IMG/VR virus record: IMGVR_UViG_3300026521_000161
Coordinates: 42,142 to 106,141 of that record
Origin: a virus
Reading direction: 5' to 3' (one strand)
DNA length: 64,000 nt
How positions within the stretch are numbered: the stretch's first letter is position 1; the number at the start of each line of letters is the position of its first letter. This document shows, in pieces, positions 1 through 9,663 of the stretch. The notes beneath the pieces were generated by a model. The model was not told the origin of the DNA and ran no database searches. It saw only the letters and a list, made by a program, of their open reading frames with translations. The translations under genes were made by a program, and so were the position numbers.

Positions 1-1
1 T

Positions 2-1537
2 GATGATTCAATAATCATAAATCCATTTCAGAGATTTAATTTAAAAGATGGTAAGTTAATACCTTTAACGGATAGTGAGGAGGAGACTCTTCTTAATAAT
101 AGTAAAGTTGATCTAACATCCTATAATAAAGATATAGTTTTACTTAACCCATATCTTTATATTTTAGATTATAAGAAATCACTCTCTACTAGAATATACG
201 ATATAAACCAACCAACTATTAATGATGTTAAAACTATCTTTAATAATGGACCTGTTTCTCCTGTAGAATTTGAAGATAGGGTTATAAAAAGAAAGAAGTT
301 TGGTTTTGAATTTTATTTCTATCTAACGGATGACAATAATCTAGATAAAGTACTTTTAGATAAAACACTAGCACAGTTAGATATCACTGTTAGTAATGTT
401 ACAAGGTTATCTTATAAAGGTGAAGTTATACTAGATGAATATATTGGTGTGTATATCTATTTCGATATAGATTTAGAAGGCCACATAAGTGAAGATGATA
501 AGATGCTATTTATAAACGCTGATAGTGACGTAAATAGTGCTTATGTGGATATAGAGTCAGACATGACATTATATATCTATAGTACAGATGAAGATGTTTC
601 TGGTGTTGAAACCTATGATGTCGCTAGTATAGTGGACGAGGACGCAAAAGCCATATTATATATAGAAGAATTCACAACATCTTTAGCTATGAACTTAGAT
701 AGCATCTATAGAAACTATAATGTTAAATTCTCGGATAGAAAGTTTAAAACATATGAAGAAGATGTTTACTTAACGTATAAAACAGATATTTATGAAATAG
801 ATGAAGATGGTACTGTTTTATTAAAGTATGATGAAAGTACAGGTGAAGATGAATTAGTTATTAAGTATAATGCAGGAGATACAGTACTTGATGAGAATGA
901 TGAGCCAGTTATATTACATAGAGCTGGTGATATAATGTTAGACGAAAATGATGAACCTATTATAGATTTCGTTGGAGGATTAGAACACATTATAGACCTT
1001 ATGTTATTCGAAGATGGTTTTACAAAATCTACTAATACAGACTATATAGATTATACATTAACATACTTACAACAATTAACATCTGTTGTTACTGATGAAA
1101 TACCATTATTGGAAGAAGGTCTTATAGAAAACACTAAGTTTAAGTTAACGGCTTTAAATACTATAAAACCTGTTAGTATTTTAATAGGTGGCGAATGGGT
1201 TACATACAGTAACTTTATATACCCTACTATAACGATAAACGTATTACGCGGTGAAGAAATCTTAGTAGATGATGTTTTAGAAGCAAAGATAACTATGGTG
1301 TTACAGGAATTATTATCCACTAATGTTGTTTTAAATACGATAGAGGAAGTGTTAAAAAATATCATAGGAGAGAATGTTATATCTGTAAGAATATCTGACA
1401 TAGTAGATACAGAGATAAGTAGTATAGAATATAAAGAAGATAGTGGTAGATTCATTCTTACTAAAGAACTTACTAAAAATATAAATGGTGAGTCTATAGT
1501 TAAATCTAAAATAAAAATAAATGTTATAGCTATATAG
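2..1537 (+). CDS. Virion structural (baseplate-type) protein, 5'-truncated by window edge
   Basis: Frame is open from position 2 (DDSIIINPFQRF...) into the 449..1537 ORF; YLTYKTDIYE...AGDTVLDENDEPVILHRAGDIMLD resembles large phiKZ-like baseplate proteins (recalled, not searched). Confidence 0.6.
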   Translation, partial: DDSIIINPFQRFNLKDGKLIPLTDSEEETLLNNSKVDLTSYNKDIVLLNPYLYILDYKKSLSTRIYDINQPTINDVKTIFNNGPVSPVEFEDRVIKRKKFGFEFYFYLTDDNNLDKVLLDKTLAQLDITVSNVTRLSYKGEVILDEYIGVYIYFDIDLEGHISEDDKMLFINADSDVNSAYVDIESDMTLYIYSTDEDVSGVETYDVASIVDEDAKAILYIEEFTTSLAMNLDSIYRNYNVKFSDRKFKTYEEDVYLTYKTDIYEIDEDGTVLLKYDESTGEDELVIKYNAGDTVLDENDEPVILHRAGDIMLDENDEPIIDFVGGLEHIIDLMLFEDGFTKSTNTDYIDYTLTYLQQLTSVVTDEIPLLEEGLIENTKFKLTALNTIKPVSILIGGEWVTYSNFIYPTITINVLRGEEILVDDVLEAKITMVLQELLSTNVVLNTIEEVLKNIIGENVISVRISDIVDTEISSIEYKEDSGRFILTKELTKNINGESIVKSKIKINVIAI

Positions 1538-1559
1538 GACCTATGGTCCTATATAGCTA
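1527..1559. terminator. Bidirectional hairpin between convergent genes
   Basis: tagctatataggacc-tat-ggtcctatatagcta, 15-bp stem. Confidence 0.75.
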
Positions 1560-2018
1560 GTATACTCTTTTATAAAAACTAGTTAATAGAGATTTATTTT
1601 CATCAATAAGTTTAATAATCTCGATAGGTAGTTGTCTACCAAATAAAATCCTCTCCATCATACCTCTATTATTAAATAGGTGCATGAATTTAGAATACAT
1701 AAGAGATCTGAATAATGATTCAAATAACCCATATTCAACTGTTATCTTTTCGTTTAACTCTTTAACTAAAGCTTTAGCTAAGATAGAAATAACAATTTTA
1801 AATTTATTACTATCTCTAAAATCATCTCTACCATAATCAACATCAGCTTTATCTACTAAATAAGTAGCAATAACTAACGTCATTAATTTACGTTGGTCTT
1901 CTGTAACCACATCTATGTTAGGGAACGCTCTAACTAATTTAGCAAGAACATCATCTAGCAACTCTACTGACTCAGCCATATTATCTGGCTCCATATTTAC
2001 ACCGTTTATTAAAATCAC
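1557..2018 (-). CDS. Hypothetical protein
   Basis: 153-aa ORF overlapping the stop of the upstream gene; RBS aaggaa. Confidence 0.7.
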   Translation of the reverse strand: MILINGVNMEPDNMAESVELLDDVLAKLVRAFPNIDVVTEDQRKLMTLVIATYLVDKADVDYGRDDFRDSNKFKIVISILAKALVKELNEKITVEYGLFESLFRSLMYSKFMHLFNNRGMMERILFGRQLPIEIIKLIDENKSLLTSFYKRVY

Positions 2019-3475
2019 GACAATTCCTTTAATTTAAATTTCTCTTGCATTATGTAAAGTTCATTTTCTTGCAAGTTTTCTGTAAGAAAATTTATATCAT
2101 CTATTTTGTTATAGTCTAAATCTCTACTAGGTTCTAACATACTATCGACGACACTTATCTTCTCTTCTGTTTGTTTAACTAGATCTTTGACAAGATCTAA
2201 TTGCCTCATTATATTATCTTTACCTATCTCACCAGCATCTGTTTTTCTTAACTCTCTTATAAGTTCTAATTTTATCTGTTTTAATCTTCTCTGTATATTA
2301 TCTTTTTTAACCATAGTACCTGGGTCGTTAAGTACTAATCTACTAAATACATCACTTATAAATTTAGATAACATAGCGAAGAAGTAAGAGATTAACCTTA
2401 CAGTAATATATGTTAAAAATATCATTAACCCTAAAACACTAAATAGTACAGTAACCACAACAGCAGCTAATAAAGAAAATACGGTTAAGAACGTTCCTTT
2501 ATTATTTGCATCATATACTCTTCCATCTTTAGAAACACCTATATCTCTATCACCTACTTTAACTATCATAGAAGCTAATAAATCACCTATACCAAATCTA
2601 GTAGCAAATTGATCAGATAGCCTTTCATAATCTAATACTATAGTTGTATTTGTTTTACTTACTCTATAAGTTTTTAATATAAAACTATCTAATGTTTCTA
2701 ATGTTTTAACAGGAGTAGAGAAGTCTGTTTTAACGTCTATAGTTGTTTTATCTATCGCTATCTTAATAGCATCTATAGGTTCTTTAGAACCGCTAAAACG
2801 CTCCTTTAAAAAAACATCAGCTAAAGTTTTCGTTGCGTTAGTAGTTGATGTCATGTATTCTAATCTAGTAAAAATAACACCCACCTGTTTTAATAATAAC
2901 GCAGCTACTTCATCTGGCTCTAACCCAGCCATTTTAGCAGATAAAAAATTTATGTTAATAACAAACTTTGATCCCTCTAAACCATTTATCCTAGCATTTT
3001 CTAAATCAATAGTTATACCATCATTATCTAGCGCGTTCTTGATATCGTTAAGTATCTTATATAACTTCTCTTCTCTACTATTTTTAATAACTTTATTTAA
3101 GATATCTTTACTTTTAGGAAATAAATCAGACATACTATTCATAGCTACATTAAGTAACTTATAATTTAAAGAGGGCATGATTACCCTAGATAGATCATCT
3201 AACTCTCTACGCGTGTTCTCTACAATAATACCAACACCAAATCTTTTAGATAGAATATCACTTATATTATCTAGGTTCTTTTTATACATACTATCTTTAA
3301 CGATTCGTTTATATTTATCATATACTTTCATATGCCTATTTCTATCTAAATCCATCATAGTTACATTATCCATTCTTAGATTATAGATGTTAAATATATT
3401 ATTAACCTCTCTAGTTAGCCTAATAACTAGTTCTAAATCTCGCTGTGTTTCTATTACTTCATTACCTACTAACAT
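2015..3475 (-). CDS. Virion/head protein, M48-peptidase-like family with degenerate metal site
   Basis: Paralogous to both repeats of 45510..48998 (IDLENARI, E-x-A-A-L-L-L, YERLSDQFATRFG, hydrophobic helices), but HEIGH is replaced by KQVGV; N-terminal VGNE resembles a prohead-protease site. Confidence 0.65.
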   Translation of the reverse strand: MLVGNEVIETQRDLELVIRLTREVNNIFNIYNLRMDNVTMMDLDRNRHMKVYDKYKRIVKDSMYKKNLDNISDILSKRFGVGIIVENTRRELDDLSRVIMPSLNYKLLNVAMNSMSDLFPKSKDILNKVIKNSREEKLYKILNDIKNALDNDGITIDLENARINGLEGSKFVININFLSAKMAGLEPDEVAALLLKQVGVIFTRLEYMTSTTNATKTLADVFLKERFSGSKEPIDAIKIAIDKTTIDVKTDFSTPVKTLETLDSFILKTYRVSKTNTTIVLDYERLSDQFATRFGIGDLLASMIVKVGDRDIGVSKDGRVYDANNKGTFLTVFSLLAAVVVTVLFSVLGLMIFLTYITVRLISYFFAMLSKFISDVFSRLVLNDPGTMVKKDNIQRRLKQIKLELIRELRKTDAGEIGKDNIMRQLDLVKDLVKQTEEKISVVDSMLEPSRDLDYNKIDDINFLTENLQENELYIMQEKFKLKELS

Positions 3476-3515
3476 AGTATTCCTTATCCTTTAAATTCAA
3501 AATAACTAACTTGTA

Positions 3516-3914
3516 ATGATAATAATAAAGGAGTCTATCATGGCTAAAGTCTTTCTTAAAGATTTTTTTATAAAGAATACAGCTAGCGAAATAGTTGCAG
3601 TTAGTTGGCAGATATCAACTTCTAGAACATTTGGTGTCATAAATAATGAATCTATATTTGATACAGAAAACATACTATCTTGGGACGTTGTTGTTAGGCA
3701 TTATGCAACTGGTGAAAAATTAAACATTGATAATATAGACTTATATGCTAGAGTTAAAATATATACTAGAGATATGGGTAAGATACATGAAAGTGATTGG
3801 TATGCGGCTAAACTAATAGACCCAACAAATGGTGAATCTGATTTAACTTATGATGGTAATATTATAGGCAGAATAAAAAAACATGAAGATGGAACATATA
3901 CACCTCTCTACTAA
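3516..3914 (+). CDS. Small Fn3/Ig-like putative virion protein
   Basis: SWQISTSRTF...ARVK...SDW pattern similar to the N-terminus of 31032..32855; RBS aaggag. Confidence 0.5.
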   Translation: MIIIKESIMAKVFLKDFFIKNTASEIVAVSWQISTSRTFGVINNESIFDTENILSWDVVVRHYATGEKLNIDNIDLYARVKIYTRDMGKIHESDWYAAKLIDPTNGESDLTYDGNIIGRIKKHEDGTYTPLY

Positions 3915-3926
3915 GAGAGGTGTATA
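3897..3926. terminator. Hairpin between convergent genes
   Basis: tatacacctctct-acta-agagaggtgtata. Confidence 0.75.
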
Positions 3927-3927
3927 G

Positions 3928-4476
3928 TTAAATAATTTCATTTGTTATAAACGTTTCTATATCAAACTTTAATGTATCTATAGATCCTTCCTCATTTTTA
4001 AAAACATAATCGAACTCCTTATCTTTTAATAAAGGCTCTGTACATTTCTCTAAGTTAGAATCTATTTTTATAAAATATATATCTCTTGTTTTATCTTGTT
4101 TAAAGGTCTCATATTCGTTTATAAATCTTAAATCAGAAATAATAGCGTAATCACATTCGCTATTTAAAATATCGCCATATGCTGCTCTAACATAATAATT
4201 CTCATTTGTTAGATCTTTAACCCTTCTAGAATACTCTACAAGGAACTCTCTTGTTTCTATAGTACGTTTACCTATAGTTATATATTGTTTCTCATTCTTC
4301 ATGATATCTAGCTCTTCTAGCGTTACGCCTAGAAAACTACTAACATCTTCTTTTATAGGTTTAGCAAAACTAGTAACATAGACAGTCTTACCAAAAGACT
4401 CTATCCTCTCCTTGAGTAGTTCGGCTGTAGTATCTTTACCACACCTATCACCACTATGTATTAAAATAATCTTCAT
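3928..4476 (-). CDS. Deoxynucleoside monophosphate kinase
   Basis: N-terminal P-loop GDRCGKDT, SFAKPIK, and ISDLRFINE motifs of phage dNMP kinases. Confidence 0.8.
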   Translation of the reverse strand: MKIILIHSGDRCGKDTTAELLKERIESFGKTVYVTSFAKPIKEDVSSFLGVTLEELDIMKNEKQYITIGKRTIETREFLVEYSRRVKDLTNENYYVRAAYGDILNSECDYAIISDLRFINEYETFKQDKTRDIYFIKIDSNLEKCTEPLLKDKEFDYVFKNEEGSIDTLKFDIETFITNEII

Positions 4477-4484
4477 TTATACTC

Positions 4485-6617
4485 CTAAGTTAGCATTTCT
4501 GTTAAAGTCATACCATCTTTCACGTAGAAACCTAATGACTCTAAAACAATGTATAATACTTTACAGTTATCTAAAATAACTCTCTTTCTATCAATGATCG
4601 GTAGGATCTCTTTTGGTATACCACTATTATAAATTAAAATTAGTGGTAGTCTAAACGTTTTAATATCGTCTTTCTTTTTATCATTTAAAAAAGTTCTAAA
4701 CCTATCAGCAAAATCTTGGTTATCTAAACTATCTAAAAACTCATTCATAGTGTTCTTATTAGTTATCACAGTAGGGAATTTGATAGCCATATAGGTAGGG
4801 TCTGGTGCTTTACCATAGTCTTCCTCGAACACCTCTTGCCATAACATATGGTGCATATATGGAGATTTATCTGGTTCTAGTTTATAAGACTTAGCTTCTT
4901 TTATCTTTTCTAGTTTAAGTACGTCAGGAGACCCCTCGCTAAGTTTACTATCAATGAGTGCTTCTGCTTCCATAACCATTCTTTGGTACTCTTCTAACTT
5001 TATCTTTTCACCATTATAGATGGTCTCCATGGATTCTATCATTAACTTTTCAGCCAAATCACGAATAGGCTGATATGCATTAGGTGCTATGAGGTGTACG
5101 CCTTTCTTTTCTAAAGTTTTCTTTTTATCTAAATTAAAGATATTACCTTCCTGGATGAATATATCTGCGAAATAATGCTTACTAACATTAGTATTAACAA
5201 ACACTTTCCAAAAAAACTCATTCTTCATTTCCATAACATTAGTATCTTTATACTTAATGTTCATATTCGTGCCAAATAATTTTATATAGTGATCAACAGC
5301 TTGTGTCATGATTGTCATAACAGCAGCAGTAACACCAATAGATTTAGCTGAATAATTGGGTCCATTAAAATACCAATGAACCCATTCACTATATGTAGCA
5401 CACGTACTATCTGTATCAGATAACACGATTGTTTCCCTAACTAAATTCTTAACTGTGCCTATACTGACAGGGAATACATTAGTGATAATGAATGTTTTAA
5501 ATAAGTTACCATAATAAGAAAACTTCTCTGTTAGATTTATAGCTATAGAAACGATATGTTGTTTATCTGCTAAAGTAAAATCATCTTTCTTCCTACCTTT
5601 AAGTCTTTCTGATAAAATATGCATAACGAAGTTATATATCCACTCATTGATATCTTTCATAGCTTCGTTAATATCTTCTTCTGGAGCGTCTATAACAGTA
5701 TACTCTATCATATCTGTTATAATAGTCCTAACAAGATCCTCATTATACTTTCTAAGGTGGAACATATCATTATGGTATGTTATATAAGCTCTTGTCTCTA
5801 CATCTAACTTTTTAAGATAATTATAGATAACCATCTCTTTAACTGTATCTCTCCAGTATTTTCTACTTGATTTAAGAATAGCATCCATAGCGTCTTGTGC
5901 TGTCGGTAAATGTAAATTATAATACTTTATGACTTCACGTATCTTATCTCTATTAACATCTTTAGCCAGAGTAACTAAATGATTAAGTGTTACATCTGGA
6001 CTTCTAAAATGTTTATTACCAGCAATAACTGATTCTGATAATGCGTTACCTATACCTGATAAACATCTTGTTATAGACGTTAATGTATAATGTGCTGATG
6101 GGTTATTTAAAACTGTACCAGCTGAAGCATATGCCCCTGATAAACTATTGTTAAAAATCTTCATAGACTTCTGTAATGTGTTGTGGTAATTAAACATATC
6201 GAAGTTATTGTTCATCTTTTGTCTAAAAGCTTCTTTCTTGTGCTTAGAACGCTTTGTTGTATTTACTTCGATAAAGTTAGAGTGTAATGATTTCTTCTCG
6301 TCTGTATTAAAATATACAGTAAATGACGGAGCTACTATTTTATTATTAGCTGTCACATAGCTTATATAATTAGATAATGTGTCTACTTGTTTAGATCTAT
6401 TACCATTTATATCTCTCTCGTAAAAATAAACTTTTGGGTTATTATACTGTTTTGTTTCTTTTATATATTCTTTAACTTTTTGTTTAGCTGTTTCTTCGTC
6501 CATATCACCCATAACAGATACGAATTGACCACTCATATCGAAATAATCTTTTATAGGGTTAAACGTTATACCATATTCATTTTCTGGGTGTTTAAATATA
6601 TTACTTACATCTTTCAT
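4485..6617 (-). CDS. Split family-B DNA polymerase, polymerase subunit (phiKZ gp50-like)
   Basis: KIFNNSLSG (motif B-like), LSDTDS (motif C), MKNEF, KGVHL; size and proximity to chimallin are typical of chimalliviruses. Confidence 0.85.
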   Translation of the reverse strand: MKDVSNIFKHPENEYGITFNPIKDYFDMSGQFVSVMGDMDEETAKQKVKEYIKETKQYNNPKVYFYERDINGNRSKQVDTLSNYISYVTANNKIVAPSFTVYFNTDEKKSLHSNFIEVNTTKRSKHKKEAFRQKMNNNFDMFNYHNTLQKSMKIFNNSLSGAYASAGTVLNNPSAHYTLTSITRCLSGIGNALSESVIAGNKHFRSPDVTLNHLVTLAKDVNRDKIREVIKYYNLHLPTAQDAMDAILKSSRKYWRDTVKEMVIYNYLKKLDVETRAYITYHNDMFHLRKYNEDLVRTIITDMIEYTVIDAPEEDINEAMKDINEWIYNFVMHILSERLKGRKKDDFTLADKQHIVSIAINLTEKFSYYGNLFKTFIITNVFPVSIGTVKNLVRETIVLSDTDSTCATYSEWVHWYFNGPNYSAKSIGVTAAVMTIMTQAVDHYIKLFGTNMNIKYKDTNVMEMKNEFFWKVFVNTNVSKHYFADIFIQEGNIFNLDKKKTLEKKGVHLIAPNAYQPIRDLAEKLMIESMETIYNGEKIKLEEYQRMVMEAEALIDSKLSEGSPDVLKLEKIKEAKSYKLEPDKSPYMHHMLWQEVFEEDYGKAPDPTYMAIKFPTVITNKNTMNEFLDSLDNQDFADRFRTFLNDKKKDDIKTFRLPLILIYNSGIPKEILPIIDRKRVILDNCKVLYIVLESLGFYVKDGMTLTEMLT

Positions 6618-6667
6618 ATCACATCCTTTTTTATCATGTAAGTCATGATCTGTAAAAAAGAAAAAAC

Positions 6668-6693
6668 AGATAAGTAGCCTAGGCTACTTATCT
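6668..6693 (-). terminator. Perfect palindrome followed by U-tract on minus strand
   Basis: agataagtagcctaggctacttatct, then A-run on + strand. Confidence 0.7.
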
Positions 6694-7706
6694 AATAAAA
6701 CCTTTTTAATAGCAACAGCTGTCTCTCTTGTTGTATCTTGTACCCATGAAGAATATAATTCTGGATATGCTTCTCTCTCTAGTAGGAAATGACTCCATGC
6801 TTTTGGATCATTCATATACCCGCCTATGATCCATCTTTTATACATAAGGTGGTTAGGCCATCTATCATAGATCTCTTTATGATATCCAGCTATTTTAAGG
6901 ATATTTTGCACTTTACCAATAGGTAGTTCTAAAAAAATATCTACTAGTTCATCTATACTAGATGCATCTAGTATACGCTTACTGTATTTACACTCATCAC
7001 ATCCGATGCAATCTAAGTCCATATCTTCTATGTGTTTATACGTTAACGTCTTTTTAACTTTACTAAGGACATCCTCTGGTAACCAATATTCATCTTCTTC
7101 AACTACTCTAGCTGATAAGGCTATTTGACTTAGTCTACCATGAGTTCTAATTTGTCCGAAAACAAAATATGGAGCTTTAACTTCTATAGCCTTATAATTA
7201 GTGACATGACTAAACGGTATATCATCATGTTTGATACCGGCTGCCATAAGTGCACGTATATTTGTATAAAGCTTACCATTCTCTATAAAGCTAAACGGGG
7301 CTATATAATTCATGAACTCTTCATTTTCCAACGTGGCTACATGTGATTTAAGAGATATCTGATGTAGTACTTTAACTTCATATACATCATTAACAGTTGT
7401 AGTATGATAATCGAGTATAACTGGAGCAAACTCTAATGGTCTTCCAGGCACTTTTCCAATTTCACTGTTACTTACATCGAGTTCTTTAAAACTTAAATCA
7501 GGAGCAGCTTCCTTTAATAACTTATCGTAACGTTTATATTTACTATTCGACTTATCCTTACCTCTACTTATAGCAGCAATACTAGTAACAAAGTTAACTC
7601 TACTATCTAAATCAGTATTTAACGGTACATCGACATCACCAAAGATTTGGTAATTGATGTCTTTAACATAACAGCCGTTAGAAAACTCTGTGAATGTAAC
7701 TTTCAT
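6684..7706 (-). CDS. thyX: Divergent flavin-dependent thymidylate synthase (ThyX-like)
   Basis: PYFVFGQIRTHGRLSQIALSARV aligns with ThyX PxFVxRQxxRHRxxSxxxxSxRY; SIAAISRG and RPLEF match the AARxSY and SPFEH regions. Confidence 0.6.
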   Translation of the reverse strand: MKVTFTEFSNGCYVKDINYQIFGDVDVPLNTDLDSRVNFVTSIAAISRGKDKSNSKYKRYDKLLKEAAPDLSFKELDVSNSEIGKVPGRPLEFAPVILDYHTTTVNDVYEVKVLHQISLKSHVATLENEEFMNYIAPFSFIENGKLYTNIRALMAAGIKHDDIPFSHVTNYKAIEVKAPYFVFGQIRTHGRLSQIALSARVVEEDEYWLPEDVLSKVKKTLTYKHIEDMDLDCIGCDECKYSKRILDASSIDELVDIFLELPIGKVQNILKIAGYHKEIYDRWPNHLMYKRWIIGGYMNDPKAWSHFLLEREAYPELYSSWVQDTTRETAVAIKKVLLDK

Positions 7707-8239
7707 TATTTTAGCCCTTCTTCTAATGTTTCTCTCTCTTTATCTAGATCCCTGTTTAAAGCACCATCACTTGTAAACTTGTCCCCAAATCTAGCCTTTA
7801 GCTTGTTTATGTTAGTAACCATAACCTGCTCAGCACTACCATTATTTTTCTCAATAGCTGCTAGTACAAGATTATAAACTTTGTTAGCTTCTGTTTTAAC
7901 ATCCCCTATGTTTAACACTTTACCATAGAACATAGTCTTTTTAATCATGTCTAAACCATCTAAAGATAAACGTAGTCCTCTTGTATCAATTCTATCTAGA
8001 GGAAAATCTACTTCATCCTTTAAAACCGCTAAAAACCACAACATGTCACCTAGTTCTTCTAGACCATTAATTCTGTCATATTTCTCCATAGCCAAATTGT
8101 ACTCGTCTAACTCACCGGCTAAGCCTATAAACGCATGTGCTATCCTATCTGTTAAACCTAAATCAACAACATCTAAACTTAATGGTCTAAATTTACTTTC
8201 TGTTTTTAAAGCTAAATTAACATATTCTAAAAATACCAT
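7706..8239 (-). CDS. MazG-like nucleotide pyrophosphohydrolase
   Basis: GLAGELDE, EELGDMLWF and NINKLKARF motifs. Confidence 0.85.
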   Translation of the reverse strand: MVFLEYVNLALKTESKFRPLSLDVVDLGLTDRIAHAFIGLAGELDEYNLAMEKYDRINGLEELGDMLWFLAVLKDEVDFPLDRIDTRGLRLSLDGLDMIKKTMFYGKVLNIGDVKTEANKVYNLVLAAIEKNNGSAEQVMVTNINKLKARFGDKFTSDGALNRDLDKERETLEEGLK

Positions 8240-8242
8240 AAA

Positions 8243-8392
8243 TCATACCTCACTTTTTTTAACATCACCTGTTAAAAAAAAATTATTTAGAGCCACACGT
8301 AACCATTCCTTATGCTCATCACTACCGTGTTTGATTTGGTCAAATAACGATTTTGCTTTACTTAACGCTTCTTCTCTTTCTTTGTCAGTCAT
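8243..8392 (-). CDS. Small hypothetical protein (49 aa, not in ORF track)
   Basis: MTDKEREEALSKAKSLFDQIKHG...KSEV*, preceded by aaggag RBS. Confidence 0.6.
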   Translation of the reverse strand: MTDKEREEALSKAKSLFDQIKHGSDEHKEWLRVALNNFFLTGDVKKSEV

Positions 8393-8444
8393 ATTTACTC
8401 CTTCTTTATATTTCAATCATTATTAGTTACATAAAAAAAGAATA

Positions 8445-8472
8445 GTAACTAGTGGTCATGACCACTAGTTAC
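8445..8472 (-). terminator. Perfect palindrome with U-tract
   Basis: gtaactagtggtcatgaccactagttac. Confidence 0.7.
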
Positions 8473-8598
8473 CTAATTAAACATTTCGCATGCATTACAT
8501 TCATAAAGCTCGGCTTCTTCTAAAATACTAAACTCCTCCTCTACGTCTTCTGGTAGGTCATTAACTATTTGTTCTTGTTCTTTGTTATTATCTTCCAT
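8473..8598 (-). CDS. 41-aa acidic peptide with C-terminal CxxC (not in ORF track)
   Basis: MEDNNKEQEQIVNDLPEDVEEEFSILEEAELYECNACEMFN*; fills the gap between the upstream gene and the terminator. Confidence 0.5.
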   Translation of the reverse strand: MEDNNKEQEQIVNDLPEDVEEEFSILEEAELYECNACEMFN

Positions 8599-8615
8599 AT
8601 AGACAACCAATTACT

Positions 8616-9569
8616 TTAAAGTATTTCATTTTCGTAAACCTCCTTTAACTGTATTGCTAGTTCCTTACCTTTAACATTACGTTTATTACTATCAAGTATT
8701 TTTCTATATGTAGATTTACTATTAATGCCTTCTAACATAACGTTAATGATAATGGCCATAAATGTTGGTAAATGCTCAGCCATAGCTATAGATAGATTTT
8801 TACTATCTAAACTAAAGAACCCCCTACCGAGAACCTGTATATATAGATCAGATGTTAAGCCTTCACCTCTACCTGTAGGGATGATAGTTTTAATGTTGTT
8901 AACCATATTAACAATAGTTCTACTTGGTAATACAAACTCTTTCTTACTAAACTCATGAGTTAATAGACCAAATAGATCTTTCATGCTACCATGTTGTAAC
9001 TCTTTAATATCTTTTCTGTTAAGTCTCATGATATAATCAGTTAGTTTGTGGCTATCTTCTACATCATCCATAGTTAACATATGTAACTTAGAAACTATAT
9101 TAACGTTATCTATAATAGTTCTATCAAACACCATCATAGACGTGGTTGTTGATATGATACTACCAAAAGCTTCTACTAGTTGTGGTTTAACATATGGTAA
9201 CCAATCTGTCTCACCCTCATACATGAGTTTAGTGAAAATCAATCTTTGTAATTGCAGTTCACCATTATACTTATCTTGTAATTTTTCATGCACAGTAACC
9301 ATATCGTCTAATTTACTTTTCATATATGGACGCATGTCTAAAGCGATAGCATCATCACCTCTAACGGTTTTAAATATAAGAGGATGTTGAAAGAGATCAA
9401 TATCTTTTTCTAAATCATTCTTACCGGTAATAATGATAAGTTTAGTTCTTCCTTCTTTAAATTCATAAGCTAAGTTATCATTTGTTTTAGCTAGGTAAGA
9501 GTTAATACTCGCCTCCAATTTATCCTTGTCTAGGAATGCTCCTAGCGTACCTTCATAAATGTCAATCAT
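8616..9569 (-). CDS. Conserved chimallivirus protein adjacent to chimallin (phiKZ gp52-like)
   Basis: FQHPLIF...ALDMRPY motif and position between chmA and the polymerase; recalled similarity. Confidence 0.55.
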   Translation of the reverse strand: MIDIYEGTLGAFLDKDKLEASINSYLAKTNDNLAYEFKEGRTKLIIITGKNDLEKDIDLFQHPLIFKTVRGDDAIALDMRPYMKSKLDDMVTVHEKLQDKYNGELQLQRLIFTKLMYEGETDWLPYVKPQLVEAFGSIISTTTSMMVFDRTIIDNVNIVSKLHMLTMDDVEDSHKLTDYIMRLNRKDIKELQHGSMKDLFGLLTHEFSKKEFVLPSRTIVNMVNNIKTIIPTGRGEGLTSDLYIQVLGRGFFSLDSKNLSIAMAEHLPTFMAIIINVMLEGINSKSTYRKILDSNKRNVKGKELAIQLKEVYENEIL

Positions 9570-9663
9570 ATGTATCCTTTATCGATATTTCAAGTTATCT
9601 CCTAACTTTTAAGTAAAAAAGAAATACTAAGTTATGGACTATGTCCATAACTTAGATCTTTTG

